DNA of 64,000 nucleotides from Candidatus Omnitrophota bacterium (GTDB lineage Bacteria; Omnitrophota; Gorgyraeia; Gygaellales; Profunditerraquicolaceae). Position 1 is the first letter of the stretch, and each line of letters starts with the position of its first letter. The position numbers and the translations under genes were made by a program. Shown in pieces: positions 46,724-55,708 of this stretch. The stretch covers positions 557 through 64,556 of the forward strand of contig JAOAET010000014.1 of NCBI GenBank assembly GCA_026416665.1, in the 5' to 3' direction. A model generated the notes under the pieces. It saw only the letters and a program-made list of their open reading frames with translations, had not been told where the DNA came from and did no database searches.

Positions 46724-47327
46724 ATCGCCTCACCACCCCAATGACCTGTCCAATAATCTCGGTATTATCGGTATAAGGAATAGGTTTAAATTTCTTATTA
46801 CAAGGCATAAGCCAAAGTTTCCCTTTTTTTCTTTGAAACATCTTTACTGTTGCTTCTCCTTCTACTAAAGCAACCACAATGCTACCTAAAGAACATTCTT
46901 TTTTCTTCTGCACTATCACAATATCTTTGTCCATAATACCCATCCCAGACATACTCTCACCCTTAACTCGTAGGGCAAATATATCCTGCCTCACTGGAAA
47001 AATATCCTGTGGTTCTAAAATTTCTTCTATATTCTCCTGGGTTTCTAAAGGCTGCCCGGCTGGTACTGTTCCTAATAATGGAATACCTCTGGCTTGCCCT
47101 AAAAGTTCAATAGAACGGGCATACCGACCAATACGTCGGATATAACCTTTGACAACCAAAACACCTAGATAATCACGCACTGTTCCAGTAGAGGAAAAAC
47201 CGAAATTTGCCGCAATCTCACGGATTGTAGGAGGGAATCCTCTTCTAGTGATAGTTTCTTTAATAAAAGAAAGTATCTGTCTTTGTTTGTCGGTAAGTAA
47301 CTGGTTCATTATTTTATTTATTACCAC
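46716..47327 (-). CDS. lexA: LexA repressor (S24 peptidase). The more likely start is the ATG at 47309 rather than the GTG at 47327.
   Basis: N-terminal wHTH (LTDKQRQILSFIKETI...GFPPTIREIA). C-terminal VKGESMSGMGIMDKDIVIVQKK S24 Ser/Lys dyad region. Confidence 0.9.
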   Translation of the reverse strand: MVINKIMNQLLTDKQRQILSFIKETITRRGFPPTIREIAANFGFSSTGTVRDYLGVLVVKGYIRRIGRYARSIELLGQARGIPLLGTVPAGQPLETQENIEEILEPQDIFPVRQDIFALRVKGESMSGMGIMDKDIVIVQKKKECSLGSIVVALVEGEATVKMFQRKKGKLWLMPCNKKFKPIPYTDNTEIIGQVIGVVRRYV

Positions 47328-47341
47328 ACATTTGTGTGGTA
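47322..47341. promoter_or_regulatory. candidate LexA operator (SOS box): 9-bp inverted repeat TACCACACA-TT-TGTGTGGTA
   Basis: Perfect palindrome read from the sequence, immediately upstream of or overlapping the lexA start. Confidence 0.4.
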
Positions 47342-47356
47342 GTCAAGTAAAATAAT

Positions 47357-47387
47357 AACCGCTACTTATCGTAGCGGTTGTTTTAAG
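47357..47387 (-). terminator. rho-independent terminator for the 47403..47756 gene
   Basis: AACCGCTAC-ttatc-GTAGCGGTT perfect 9-bp stem with 5-nt loop. U-rich 3' flank on the minus strand (AUUAUUUUACUU). Confidence 0.6.
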
Positions 47388-47402
47388 AAGTAATAGATAA
47401 TT

Positions 47403-47756
47403 TTAACTCATCCCCGGTTGCTGATGAATTTGCCTCTTTTTCTCTTCTATTTCTTTTAATAACCTAGTTACAAGCTCATCTATCTCTGCCTGGCTTAGTT
47501 TACGTTCTCCATAAGGATCCCTAAAGGTAACACAACTGTGGGAATTTGTATCAGATATCGGTGCTTCAAACTGAATAATATGAATTGGCTCATCAGCAGA
47601 GATACTATATAACTGTTCAGAGGAGGCATTAGTTTTACCTATAATCACTACCGGCACCTTGGAAACAGGTTTACCTATGATACTGGCAGGTGTAGGTCCA
47701 CAGAATACGCACAAACATTGCTGTTCAACAGAGAAGCCTATATCTCCAATGTCCAC
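47403..47756 (-). CDS. hypothetical protein
   Basis: 117 aa (GTG start per ORF track). Cys-containing N-terminus and charged helical C-terminus. No family recognised. Confidence 0.35.
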   Translation of the reverse strand: MDIGDIGFSVEQQCLCVFCGPTPASIIGKPVSKVPVVIIGKTNASSEQLYSISADEPIHIIQFEAPISDTNSHSCVTFRDPYGERKLSQAEIDELVTRLLKEIEEKKRQIHQQPGMS

Positions 47757-47965
47757 CTGTCTTGTCTCAAACTCACCTGTGGGCTCTATCCCTGGAAAAG
47801 AAAGAGAAATCTCACCACCCCAACGTGAAACTGTTGAATCGTAGGGAAGGCGACTATATACCCTTTGTGCAGTAAGGGTGTTATTTAAATCTGCATAAAA
47901 AGTTACTGTTTTGGTCTGAAATTGTATCCTTATTTCTCACCCCTTCTTAACATAGTTATTCTTTT

Positions 47966-48259
47966 TTAAAAAACTCCAAAAGTCTTAAGCCGATCTTTTA
48001 ATTCTTGTATCTTTGAATCTTTCTCCTGTATCTTCTTTTGACAATCCTGTAACTGACTTTTTAGTGCTTGTATAATTTCTTCTTTTTTAGCCAACTCTGC
48101 CGAAAAATTATCCATCCGTGTTTGATTTCCCTGAAGAACCTGTTCTTTTTTAGAGGAAAAACGACCTGCCACTGATATACAGCTACTTAACAGAACAGAA
48201 AGCAAAGCAATAAATAACGCTATGGGCATGTGTTGTCTCATCTTGAGAATTTTTGCCAA
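47966..48259 (-). CDS. small lipoprotein with coiled coil. True start is likely an internal Met.
   Basis: LLSVLLSSC lipobox-like signal plus K/E/Q-rich helix. The annotated 5' end overlaps the nitroreductase gene. Confidence 0.4.
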   Translation of the reverse strand: MAKILKMRQHMPIALFIALLSVLLSSCISVAGRFSSKKEQVLQGNQTRMDNFSAELAKKEEIIQALKSQLQDCQKKIQEKDSKIQELKDRLKTFGVF

Positions 48260-48744
48260 TGTAATACTTCTTCTAACGGACGCTTAGGCATCTGATAAAA
48301 AACCTTTTTAGTCAGAGGATAACCTAAGGCAATTAAACTAACTACTTTATATTTAGGAGGTATACCCAAAAGTTCTTTTATCTTCTCGCAGTAAGGTTTC
48401 TTATCTGCGGCTATCCAACAAGACCCCACTTTAAAAGTTACCGCTGCTAATAATATATTCTGGGTAGCTGCCGAGCAGTCTTCAAGGTAATATTTCGTAT
48501 CAGTAGATACCACACAAATACAAGCAGCTGCCCGAGCTAAAAATTTTCCGTGGTCAGTAATCTCAGCCAAATTTTTAAGGCTTTGTTTATCTGTTACTAC
48601 AATAAACTCCCAAGGTTGAATATTCCGTGCAGTTGGTGCAAAACGACCAGCATCTACAATGGCTTCAAGCACCTCTTGTGGAATAGGTTTATCAATAAAT
48701 TCTCGAACACTTCTTCGTCTCTTTATTACACTAAGGCAATCCAA
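48238..48744 (-). CDS. nitroreductase family protein
   Basis: IKRRRSVREFIDKPIPQEVLEAIVDAGRFAPTARNIQPWEFIVV. Confidence 0.8.
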   Translation of the reverse strand: MDCLSVIKRRRSVREFIDKPIPQEVLEAIVDAGRFAPTARNIQPWEFIVVTDKQSLKNLAEITDHGKFLARAAACICVVSTDTKYYLEDCSAATQNILLAAVTFKVGSCWIAADKKPYCEKIKELLGIPPKYKVVSLIALGYPLTKKVFYQMPKRPLEEVLHWQKFSR

Positions 48745-48891
48745 CTGTTTTTCCTTGTTTAGTAATTATTTCTTCTATACCAACAATTATCGATAATCAA
48801 CACCCTTTTCATTAATCCTTTTTTATTATAAGTGCCCATTATAGAAAGGTCAAGAGAACATATTCTCTATACTATTTTTATTACACTGCAT

Positions 48892-51285
48892 TTACAGATG
48901 CGGCTTTTTATATCTTCGCATAGATAAAGAATTGGCTACCACTGAAAAAGAACTAAAAGCCATTGCCGCAGCTGCCACCATGGGATTAAGCAAGAAGCCA
49001 TTAACCGAATATAAAACACCCGCAGCTATAGGTATGGCAACCAGATTATAAAAAAATGCCCAGAAAAGATTCTGTTTAATCTTTCTGATGGTATATCGTG
49101 ATAAATCAATGGCAGTAACTATCTGCCGTAAATCGTCTCTTAACAGAACAATATCTCCTGCTTCCATAGCTATATCAGTGCCTGAGCCTAAGGCAATACC
49201 TACATCTGCCTCGGCTAAAGCTGGTGCATCATTAATTCCATCTCCTATCATCGCAACTTTCTCATTTTTCTCTCGTAAAGAACGAATGACCTCTTCTTTA
49301 TGCTGAGGTAAAACCTCTGCCCGCACTTCATCTAAAGAAAGAGAATGCGCAATTGCCTCTGCGGTATTTTTATTATCTCCAGTCAAAAGTATTAATCTCT
49401 TACCCATCTTTTTTAAATATCTAATCGTCTGCTCGACAAAGGGTTTAAGCATATCCCCTACAGCAATAAGCCCTACTGCTTTGTCATTTACTACTACGAC
49501 CATTACGGTCTTACCTTCCTTTTCCCATTGCTCAGCATCAATCAAAATTTCTGGTGACAGATTAATGTTTTTCTTCTCAGCAAAACGGCGATTAGTAATA
49601 AGCAAGCGTTGACTGCCTATATTTCCCATTACTCCTTTTCCTGGTAAAGCAATAAAGTTGTCTACCTTCTCCAGAGGTAAAGATTTTTCTGTTGCCGCCT
49701 CAAATATTGCCTGACCAATAGGATGCTCTGAATATTTTTCTACTGAAGCAGCCAAACGCAATATCTCCTCAGCAGACCTCTGGTGATATCCTCGGTAATC
49801 CATAAGGATAGGTTTACCTCGAGTAATTGTGCCCGTCTTATCAAAGACTATTACTGTTACCTTATATGCTATTTCTAAAACTGAGGGGTTGCGTATAAGA
49901 ATACCATTCTCTGCAGCTACACCCATACTGACTACTAAAGCTGTAGGAGTAGCAAGACCTAAGGCACAGGGACAAGCAACAATCAACATAGAGACAAAGG
50001 TAGTAAAAGCAAATAAAAAATCTTCTCCAACAGCTAACCATACACTAAACACTGCAATAGCTGCTAAAAAGATTGTAGGCACAAATATACTGGCTATTTT
50101 ATCTGCTACTTCTTGAATAGGAACTTTATGTGCTAGTGCCTCTTTTACTAAGTTAATAATTTGAAAAAGTAAAGTATCTTGCCCTACACGAATAGCCTCA
50201 AATTTAAAGGTACCTGTTTTATTTACGGTACCACAGAAAACTTCTTTACCAGGAGTTTTATCTTGAGGTATACTCTCACCAGTTATCATAGATTCATCTA
50301 CACTTGAAAAACCCTCTATAACAATTCCATCAGCAGGAATCCGTTCGCCAGGTTTAATAATTACAATATCGCCTATCTGTAACTGATCAATAGGAATTAA
50401 CTCTTCCTTTCCTTGGCGAACTACTAAAGCGGTATTAGGACGTAAATAAAATAGCTTCTTAATAGCCGCTGATGTCTTTCCCCGAGCACTTAACTCTAAG
50501 TATTGACCTAAAAGAATAAAGGTAACTATTACCGCAGCTGTTTCAAAATAAAGATGAAGATTAGATAGTTGACTTCGTGTCTTAAAATACGCCCATGCCA
50601 CAAAGACACTGTACAGATAAGCAGATGCTACACCCACAGAAACCAACGTATACATATTTGCTTTTCGACTATGTAAAAGATCAATCCATCCTTTCTGAAA
50701 AAAGGATAGGCTACAAATTATTACTAAGGTAGCAAGAATTAATTGAATAAAAATGTTATGTTTAGCCAATAATGTCGGCAAAGGCATATTTGTAGCTGAA
50801 GCAGTTGACAGAATTACCAAAGGCAGGCTTAATAGAAAAGAGAGCCAAAATCGCAAGCGTAAAGATTTAATATCTGCCTTAAGCAGATTTTCAGTAGAAA
50901 CAACTGTCTCTTTCTCAGTGTTTGGTATACGGTAACCTAAGTTGCGAATAATCTTCTCTAACTGTTCCTTCTTAACTTTCTTTGGATTGTAACGTACAGA
51001 TACTTGACCTAATGTAAGATTTCCATTTACCTCTAACACCCCAGCTTTGGCTTTTAATGCAGATTCTATAGTAAGTACACATGTTGCACAGTGCATTCCT
51101 CCAACAGGAATGACTATATGTTTCTCTGGGACAAAATACGTTTGTGATATTTCCTCTTGGCTCTCAGCTTGCTTGAATTTCTCTAAGCAATGCCGACTGC
51201 AGAAGTAATAATTTATGCCACGATGATGAAGACACAGCTGTTCTGTTTCTTCTATTTGCCGGCCACAAATAGGATCAATTGCCAT
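48892..51285 (-). CDS. copA: copper-translocating P1B-type ATPase with N-terminal TRASH/YHS-like Cys domain and one HMA domain
   Basis: DPICGRQI...YYFCSRHC; GMHCATCV; ACPCALGLATP (CPC); DKTGTIT; GDGINDAP. Confidence 0.9.
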   Translation of the reverse strand: MAIDPICGRQIEETEQLCLHHRGINYYFCSRHCLEKFKQAESQEEISQTYFVPEKHIVIPVGGMHCATCVLTIESALKAKAGVLEVNGNLTLGQVSVRYNPKKVKKEQLEKIIRNLGYRIPNTEKETVVSTENLLKADIKSLRLRFWLSFLLSLPLVILSTASATNMPLPTLLAKHNIFIQLILATLVIICSLSFFQKGWIDLLHSRKANMYTLVSVGVASAYLYSVFVAWAYFKTRSQLSNLHLYFETAAVIVTFILLGQYLELSARGKTSAAIKKLFYLRPNTALVVRQGKEELIPIDQLQIGDIVIIKPGERIPADGIVIEGFSSVDESMITGESIPQDKTPGKEVFCGTVNKTGTFKFEAIRVGQDTLLFQIINLVKEALAHKVPIQEVADKIASIFVPTIFLAAIAVFSVWLAVGEDFLFAFTTFVSMLIVACPCALGLATPTALVVSMGVAAENGILIRNPSVLEIAYKVTVIVFDKTGTITRGKPILMDYRGYHQRSAEEILRLAASVEKYSEHPIGQAIFEAATEKSLPLEKVDNFIALPGKGVMGNIGSQRLLITNRRFAEKKNINLSPEILIDAEQWEKEGKTVMVVVVNDKAVGLIAVGDMLKPFVEQTIRYLKKMGKRLILLTGDNKNTAEAIAHSLSLDEVRAEVLPQHKEEVIRSLREKNEKVAMIGDGINDAPALAEADVGIALGSGTDIAMEAGDIVLLRDDLRQIVTAIDLSRYTIRKIKQNLFWAFFYNLVAIPIAAGVLYSVNGFLLNPMVAAAAMAFSSFSVVANSLSMRRYKKPHL

Positions 51286-51304
51286 AAAAAGTAACTTTTT
51301 TTTC

Positions 51305-52180
51305 TTATTCCTGTTTTTCTTTCTTTACAATAGGTATAACCCCGGCCATCTCTCCAATAACATTGACTAAATCCGCATTATTGGGTAGGACTATCTTTGC
51401 GTTATTAGCAAGTGCTCGCTCAAGTGCTTCTATTCTTCTTAATAACTGAGCATTTCCTACAAAATATTGGTTTGCTGCCTCGTTTACAAGTTTAATTGCC
51501 TGAGCCTGTCCTTCTGCCTCTAGAATTTTTGCTTGCTTTATTCCTTCTGCTTTTTTAATCTCTGCTCTACGCGCACCATCTGCCATTGTCTCAGTAGCAG
51601 TAGCAAAATCAATAGCAGCGATTTTCTCGTTTTCTGCTTTCACTACCTTATTCATTGTCTCCTGCACATCCTTAGGTGGGTCTATCTCTTTTAATTCTGT
51701 GCGCACAATCTCAATACCCCAGGCAGCGGTTTCTTGTTTAAGTGTCTTCTGTAACTCCTCATTGATTTTACCACGTTCGCTGTTGGCAGATTTAAGGGTC
51801 ATTGTTCCAATAATATTTCGTAAGGTAGTGCGCGCTAAATTTACTATTTGATACTGGTAGTTATTGACATTATACTGAGATGCCTTTACACTTTCTTCAT
51901 CAGATTTTACTTTAAAGTATACCTGCGCATCAACACGGGCATTAAGATTATCAAAAGTAATTATTTCCTGTGGTTCTGCATCTACCATCACCTCCGTTAT
52001 ATTCACCAGATATAATTCCTCAATAAAGGGAATAATCCAGTGAAATCCTGGGGTAGCAAAACGATGGTATCTGCCTAATCTTTCAATAAGTCCGCGGTGA
52101 GTAGGTCGTACGATACGAATACCCATAAGAAAAAAAATAACTACAAACACTACTACTGCCCAGATTATAAGATGTCCCAT
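51305..52180 (-). CDS. SPFH/band-7 (stomatin/prohibitin-like) membrane protein
   Basis: N-terminal TM plus SPFH core plus A/E-rich coiled-coil C-terminus. 19 nt upstream of copA. Confidence 0.7.
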   Translation of the reverse strand: MGHLIIWAVVVFVVIFFLMGIRIVRPTHRGLIERLGRYHRFATPGFHWIIPFIEELYLVNITEVMVDAEPQEIITFDNLNARVDAQVYFKVKSDEESVKASQYNVNNYQYQIVNLARTTLRNIIGTMTLKSANSERGKINEELQKTLKQETAAWGIEIVRTELKEIDPPKDVQETMNKVVKAENEKIAAIDFATATETMADGARRAEIKKAEGIKQAKILEAEGQAQAIKLVNEAANQYFVGNAQLLRRIEALERALANNAKIVLPNNADLVNVIGEMAGVIPIVKKEKQE

Positions 52181-52292
52181 GTAAACCTCCTTTATGCTAA
52201 TTATAGAACCTTAGCCTCAGTATTGTCTGATATAATTTTACTTTTTCCGTAAACTTTTTATCTAGGAAATATTTTTAGAAACAGACACGTCT

Positions 52293-52631
52293 TTATTCAA
52301 CCACAATTGTTTTTGTGATACTGCCTATTCGCGAACAAAATGCAGAAATCTCAATCTCATCTGCTGGTTTCAGCCCCGATATTTCAAAAGATGCTGTCTG
52401 AGTATCATTAGATTCCTGAGAACTAAATTCCTTTTTGCCCACTTCTTCTTGATTGACTTTAATTAAGATAAGTTTTACATAATGATTAGAAGGGTTTGCT
52501 ACAGAGTGCTCTACCACTACATCGACGGTGCCTTCATTTACTGTAGCTGAAATTGAACTAGGCGAATGAGCAAACGAAATATTAAGTATCCCTACAACAA
52601 ATAAACTTGTCAAAAAAGATAATTTGATCAT
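52293..52631 (-). CDS. small secreted beta-rich protein (function unknown)
   Basis: Signal peptide MIKLSFLTSLFVVGILNISFA; 112 aa. Confidence 0.4.
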   Translation of the reverse strand: MIKLSFLTSLFVVGILNISFAHSPSSISATVNEGTVDVVVEHSVANPSNHYVKLILIKVNQEEVGKKEFSSQESNDTQTASFEISGLKPADEIEISAFCSRIGSITKTIVVE

Positions 52632-52735
52632 CAGACTGCCTCCTTTGTTATTTAGTTTTGTTAATAATTATTGTAACATCCTTTTTTCTATTTTACCTAG
52701 TCAAAATTAAATTTCTTATAAAAATACTATCGTTA

Positions 52736-52915
52736 CTACTTTTTTCTTCTTTGATAAAGTATAGTTCCAACATGCAAGAGAACAAACATAACTGTGATTA
52801 TCCCAAATAACTTATGTAAAATAAAATTTACTCCTGTAAGACCAAGAAAAGCAGTAAATATCAACACGCATAGACTAATTGTTCCAAAAATTAAAATAAG
52901 CTGATAGACGGTCAT
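52736..52915 (-). CDS. unannotated small (59 aa) two-helix membrane protein
   Basis: Hand translation MTVYQLILIFGTISLCVLIFTAFLGLTGVNFILHKLFGIITVMFVLLHVGTILYQRRKK, ATG to TAG. Below the 60-aa cutoff of the supplied ORF track. Confidence 0.3.
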   Translation of the reverse strand: MTVYQLILIFGTISLCVLIFTAFLGLTGVNFILHKLFGIITVMFVLLHVGTILYQRRKK

Positions 52916-52936
52916 CTTATTATTTTTTAGCGTAAC

Positions 52937-53605
52937 CTAGCAACTTCGCTCAATAATTGGTGGTATATCTTCTATTCTTTCCACAATCTTATCTGCTTCA
53001 GAAAGATATTGACGGGGAAGACTTGTGGTTAAACCAATACAGAATATACCCGCGCGCTTAGCGGATTTAATACCAAAAGGAGCATTCTCTATAACCACCG
53101 CTTCTTTCGGTAATAAAGCGAGTTTGTGAATAGCCATAAGATATGGCTCAGGGTGTGGCTTCCCTTTTTTTACGTGATCCCCTGCCACAATTACATCAAA
53201 CATTTTACGTAACCTTTTGGGCAGTATGCGGGTTAACTCCTGGGTAGGAGTTCCTGTGACTAATCCTAAACGATATCCCTTTTTCTTAAGGCAATAAATA
53301 AACTGCTTTACGTTCTCAAATAAATAACGTTTAAAATAACGTCTAAAGATTCTCTTTCTACGTAAAAATATTTTCCTTAAAATATCTGGGGTAGGCTTAA
53401 TACCTTCTCTTCGTAAAAGAGCAGTTAATGTCTTTTCCCAACGTTCTCCTTCTTTGGCAAAGACCTCAAAACAGCTTACCCTTATCCCATAAGGTCTTAG
53501 TGCTTCATACCAAGCCAAGTAATGATAAGGCATAGAATCTACCAGAACACCATCCATATCAAAAATAACCGCCTTAATTTTGTTTACTCTTTCTTCCCTC
53601 ATCAA
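52937..53605 (-). CDS. HAD-superfamily hydrolase (beta-phosphoglucomutase-like subfamily)
   Basis: IKAVIFDMDGVLVDS motif I; downstream K and DD motifs. Confidence 0.75.
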   Translation of the reverse strand: MMREERVNKIKAVIFDMDGVLVDSMPYHYLAWYEALRPYGIRVSCFEVFAKEGERWEKTLTALLRREGIKPTPDILRKIFLRRKRIFRRYFKRYLFENVKQFIYCLKKKGYRLGLVTGTPTQELTRILPKRLRKMFDVIVAGDHVKKGKPHPEPYLMAIHKLALLPKEAVVIENAPFGIKSAKRAGIFCIGLTTSLPRQYLSEADKIVERIEDIPPIIERSC

Positions 53606-53611
53606 GTATTT

Positions 53612-54334
53612 TTAGTAATCAGGCAAATTACTTAAAGGAAGGTTGCGTTCTACAAATTGAATAATCTTCTCCTGAATGTGGGGATCAATACGATAAAACT
53701 CTAACCCCATACCCGGATAAATCTGCGGCTGAAGATGTTTTTCTACTAACCAAACTACCCTGGCTTCAAGAAATAACTGCCCTGGTTGAGGTTTTAAGGT
53801 TAATTTTAGGTCTAATACCTCTCCAACGGGATAGGTTTTCTGAGAGAAAATCATTACCCCAATCCCACTTAGATTCAATGCTTTCCCTTGATGATAATCT
53901 TCCTCATATTTTGCTTTATAATACACATCTATATCTAAAGGAAGCCTCTTAAATCTACGGCGTAATTGTTTTCTTTTTATCTGGGTAATTACCTCTTCGG
54001 CCTCAAAACTGTCCAAAGCACTCTCTAAATCCTTACAAATCTCAAATACCCGGTCAAGACAAACCAAACTGAAGAGTTTCTGAATGTGGGCGGGCACAGC
54101 TACAAATTTTAACTTGCCTTGATGATTAAGTACATGCTTAAACGCAAGCGCAAGACAGGACATACCTGCATAGTCCACCAACTCTACATTTTCAAAATCA
54201 CAGATAAGCTGACGATAACCATTAGATAAAGCCCAACCCACCTTCTCTACTAGATTAGCAGAGTTAATGTCTATTGAACCAGAAAGATGTAATACAGCCG
54301 CACCTTTTATTTTCTTAAAAGTTATCTCTAACAT
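53612..54334 (-). CDS. STAS (anti-sigma-factor antagonist-like) domain fused to PilZ domain
   Basis: N-terminal STAS (AVLHLSGSIDINSANLVEKV...). C-terminal RxxxR (RRFKR) and (D/N)xSxxG (NLSGIG) spaced ~30 aa apart. Confidence 0.55.
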   Translation of the reverse strand: MLEITFKKIKGAAVLHLSGSIDINSANLVEKVGWALSNGYRQLICDFENVELVDYAGMSCLALAFKHVLNHQGKLKFVAVPAHIQKLFSLVCLDRVFEICKDLESALDSFEAEEVITQIKRKQLRRRFKRLPLDIDVYYKAKYEEDYHQGKALNLSGIGVMIFSQKTYPVGEVLDLKLTLKPQPGQLFLEARVVWLVEKHLQPQIYPGMGLEFYRIDPHIQEKIIQFVERNLPLSNLPDY

Positions 54335-54350
54335 AACATAAGCGGTATCT

Positions 54351-55676
54351 TTATTTTTCTATTTTAGCACTATTTTTGTTTTCTAAAAGTGCTAATATAC
54401 AATTAAGACTAAGCAGGGTTGCACCTTGATTTTCTTGAATAAGCAAACGCGCTTGACTACCTAACTGTCTTGCCAATGCCTGGTTGTTTATAAGATTCTC
54501 CAAAACCTGATAAATTTCTTGTTTGTCTTTTACCTGTATAGCAGCATTTTGTTTTATAAAAAGCTCTGCTATGCTACGGAAATTAAACATATAATTACCA
54601 AAAACAATTGGTTTGGCTAAAGAAGCTGGCTCAAGAATATTGTGTCCACCAATAGGTACAAGACTTCCTCCAACAAATACTATATCTGCAATCTGATAAA
54701 ACTGCATAAGTTGTCCAACTGTATCAATTATAAAGACAATATTATCTTCTTTTTCTTTTCTTTCTAAGCCTATTGTTTTGCTTTTATCTTTAAATTGGGA
54801 AATAAGCTGGACTTGTAATTTCGTATTTTCCTTAATCCATTTCACCAAATAAGTAACTCTTTGGGGATGTCGCGGAGCAATTATTAATCTACAAGAAGGA
54901 TATTTTTTTATTAATTTCTCATAGACGGATACCAGTATCTTTTCTTCACCCCGATGGGTACTTGCAGCAATAATTACTTTTTCTGTCTTTTTGATCCCTA
55001 ATTCTGTGCGTAATAACAGATTTTCCTTCTCTATAACATCCTTACTAACAAGATTAATGTCAAATTTCATATTGCCTGTTACTTTAATCTTTGGTTCTGC
55101 TACACCTAAACTAAGCAAACGATTCTTTTCTTCAACGGACTGCACACAGAAACAACTTATCTTTTCCAATACACTCTTCACAAACGGGCGTAACAATCTG
55201 TATCTTGGTAATGAACGGTCAGAAATACGACCGTTAACAACTACAAGCGGAATTTTTTCTCTAGCAAGACAATTAATAAATATAGGCCACAGCTCTGTCT
55301 CAACTAATACTACTATAGACGGTTTAATTCGACGAATAACAGAACACATAATAAACCTTAAATCAAGTGGAAGGTAAATGACTACATCACGATTTCTTGC
55401 CAAGGAACGCGCCACACTATTACCTGTGGCAGTCACTGTAGAAAGAACTAACTGTTTATGGGGCAGGTGTTCTCTTATTTTATCTATAAGTGCCCTTACT
55501 GATAATATCTCTCCGACACTGACTGCGTGAATCCAAATAGGATTATAAAAATCATTTTTCGGTGGTAAAAATCCTAAACGCATTAAAATTCCTCGGTGAA
55601 GCTGAGCGCGCAATAATAAAATCAATACATAGAATGTAAATCCCACCAGATATATAAACTCATAGAGAATTTCCAT
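54351..55676 (-). CDS. waaA: 3-deoxy-D-manno-octulosonic acid (Kdo) transferase
   Basis: PIWIHAVSVGEILSVRALI and overall GT30 architecture. Confidence 0.8.
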   Translation of the reverse strand: MEILYEFIYLVGFTFYVLILLLRAQLHRGILMRLGFLPPKNDFYNPIWIHAVSVGEILSVRALIDKIREHLPHKQLVLSTVTATGNSVARSLARNRDVVIYLPLDLRFIMCSVIRRIKPSIVVLVETELWPIFINCLAREKIPLVVVNGRISDRSLPRYRLLRPFVKSVLEKISCFCVQSVEEKNRLLSLGVAEPKIKVTGNMKFDINLVSKDVIEKENLLLRTELGIKKTEKVIIAASTHRGEEKILVSVYEKLIKKYPSCRLIIAPRHPQRVTYLVKWIKENTKLQVQLISQFKDKSKTIGLERKEKEDNIVFIIDTVGQLMQFYQIADIVFVGGSLVPIGGHNILEPASLAKPIVFGNYMFNFRSIAELFIKQNAAIQVKDKQEIYQVLENLINNQALARQLGSQARLLIQENQGATLLSLNCILALLENKNSAKIEK

Positions 55677-55708
55677 AATTGATCAACTTTTACCGATTAA
55701 AATGTTCT

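Noticed and set aside
48853-48868. AGAGAA-cata-TTCTCT inverted repeat between nitroreductase and copA, considered as CopY/CsoR operator or terminator
   Set aside because: It lies downstream of copA rather than upstream. copA appears to be transcribed with the SPFH gene from further upstream. The stem is short and AT-rich with no U-tract.
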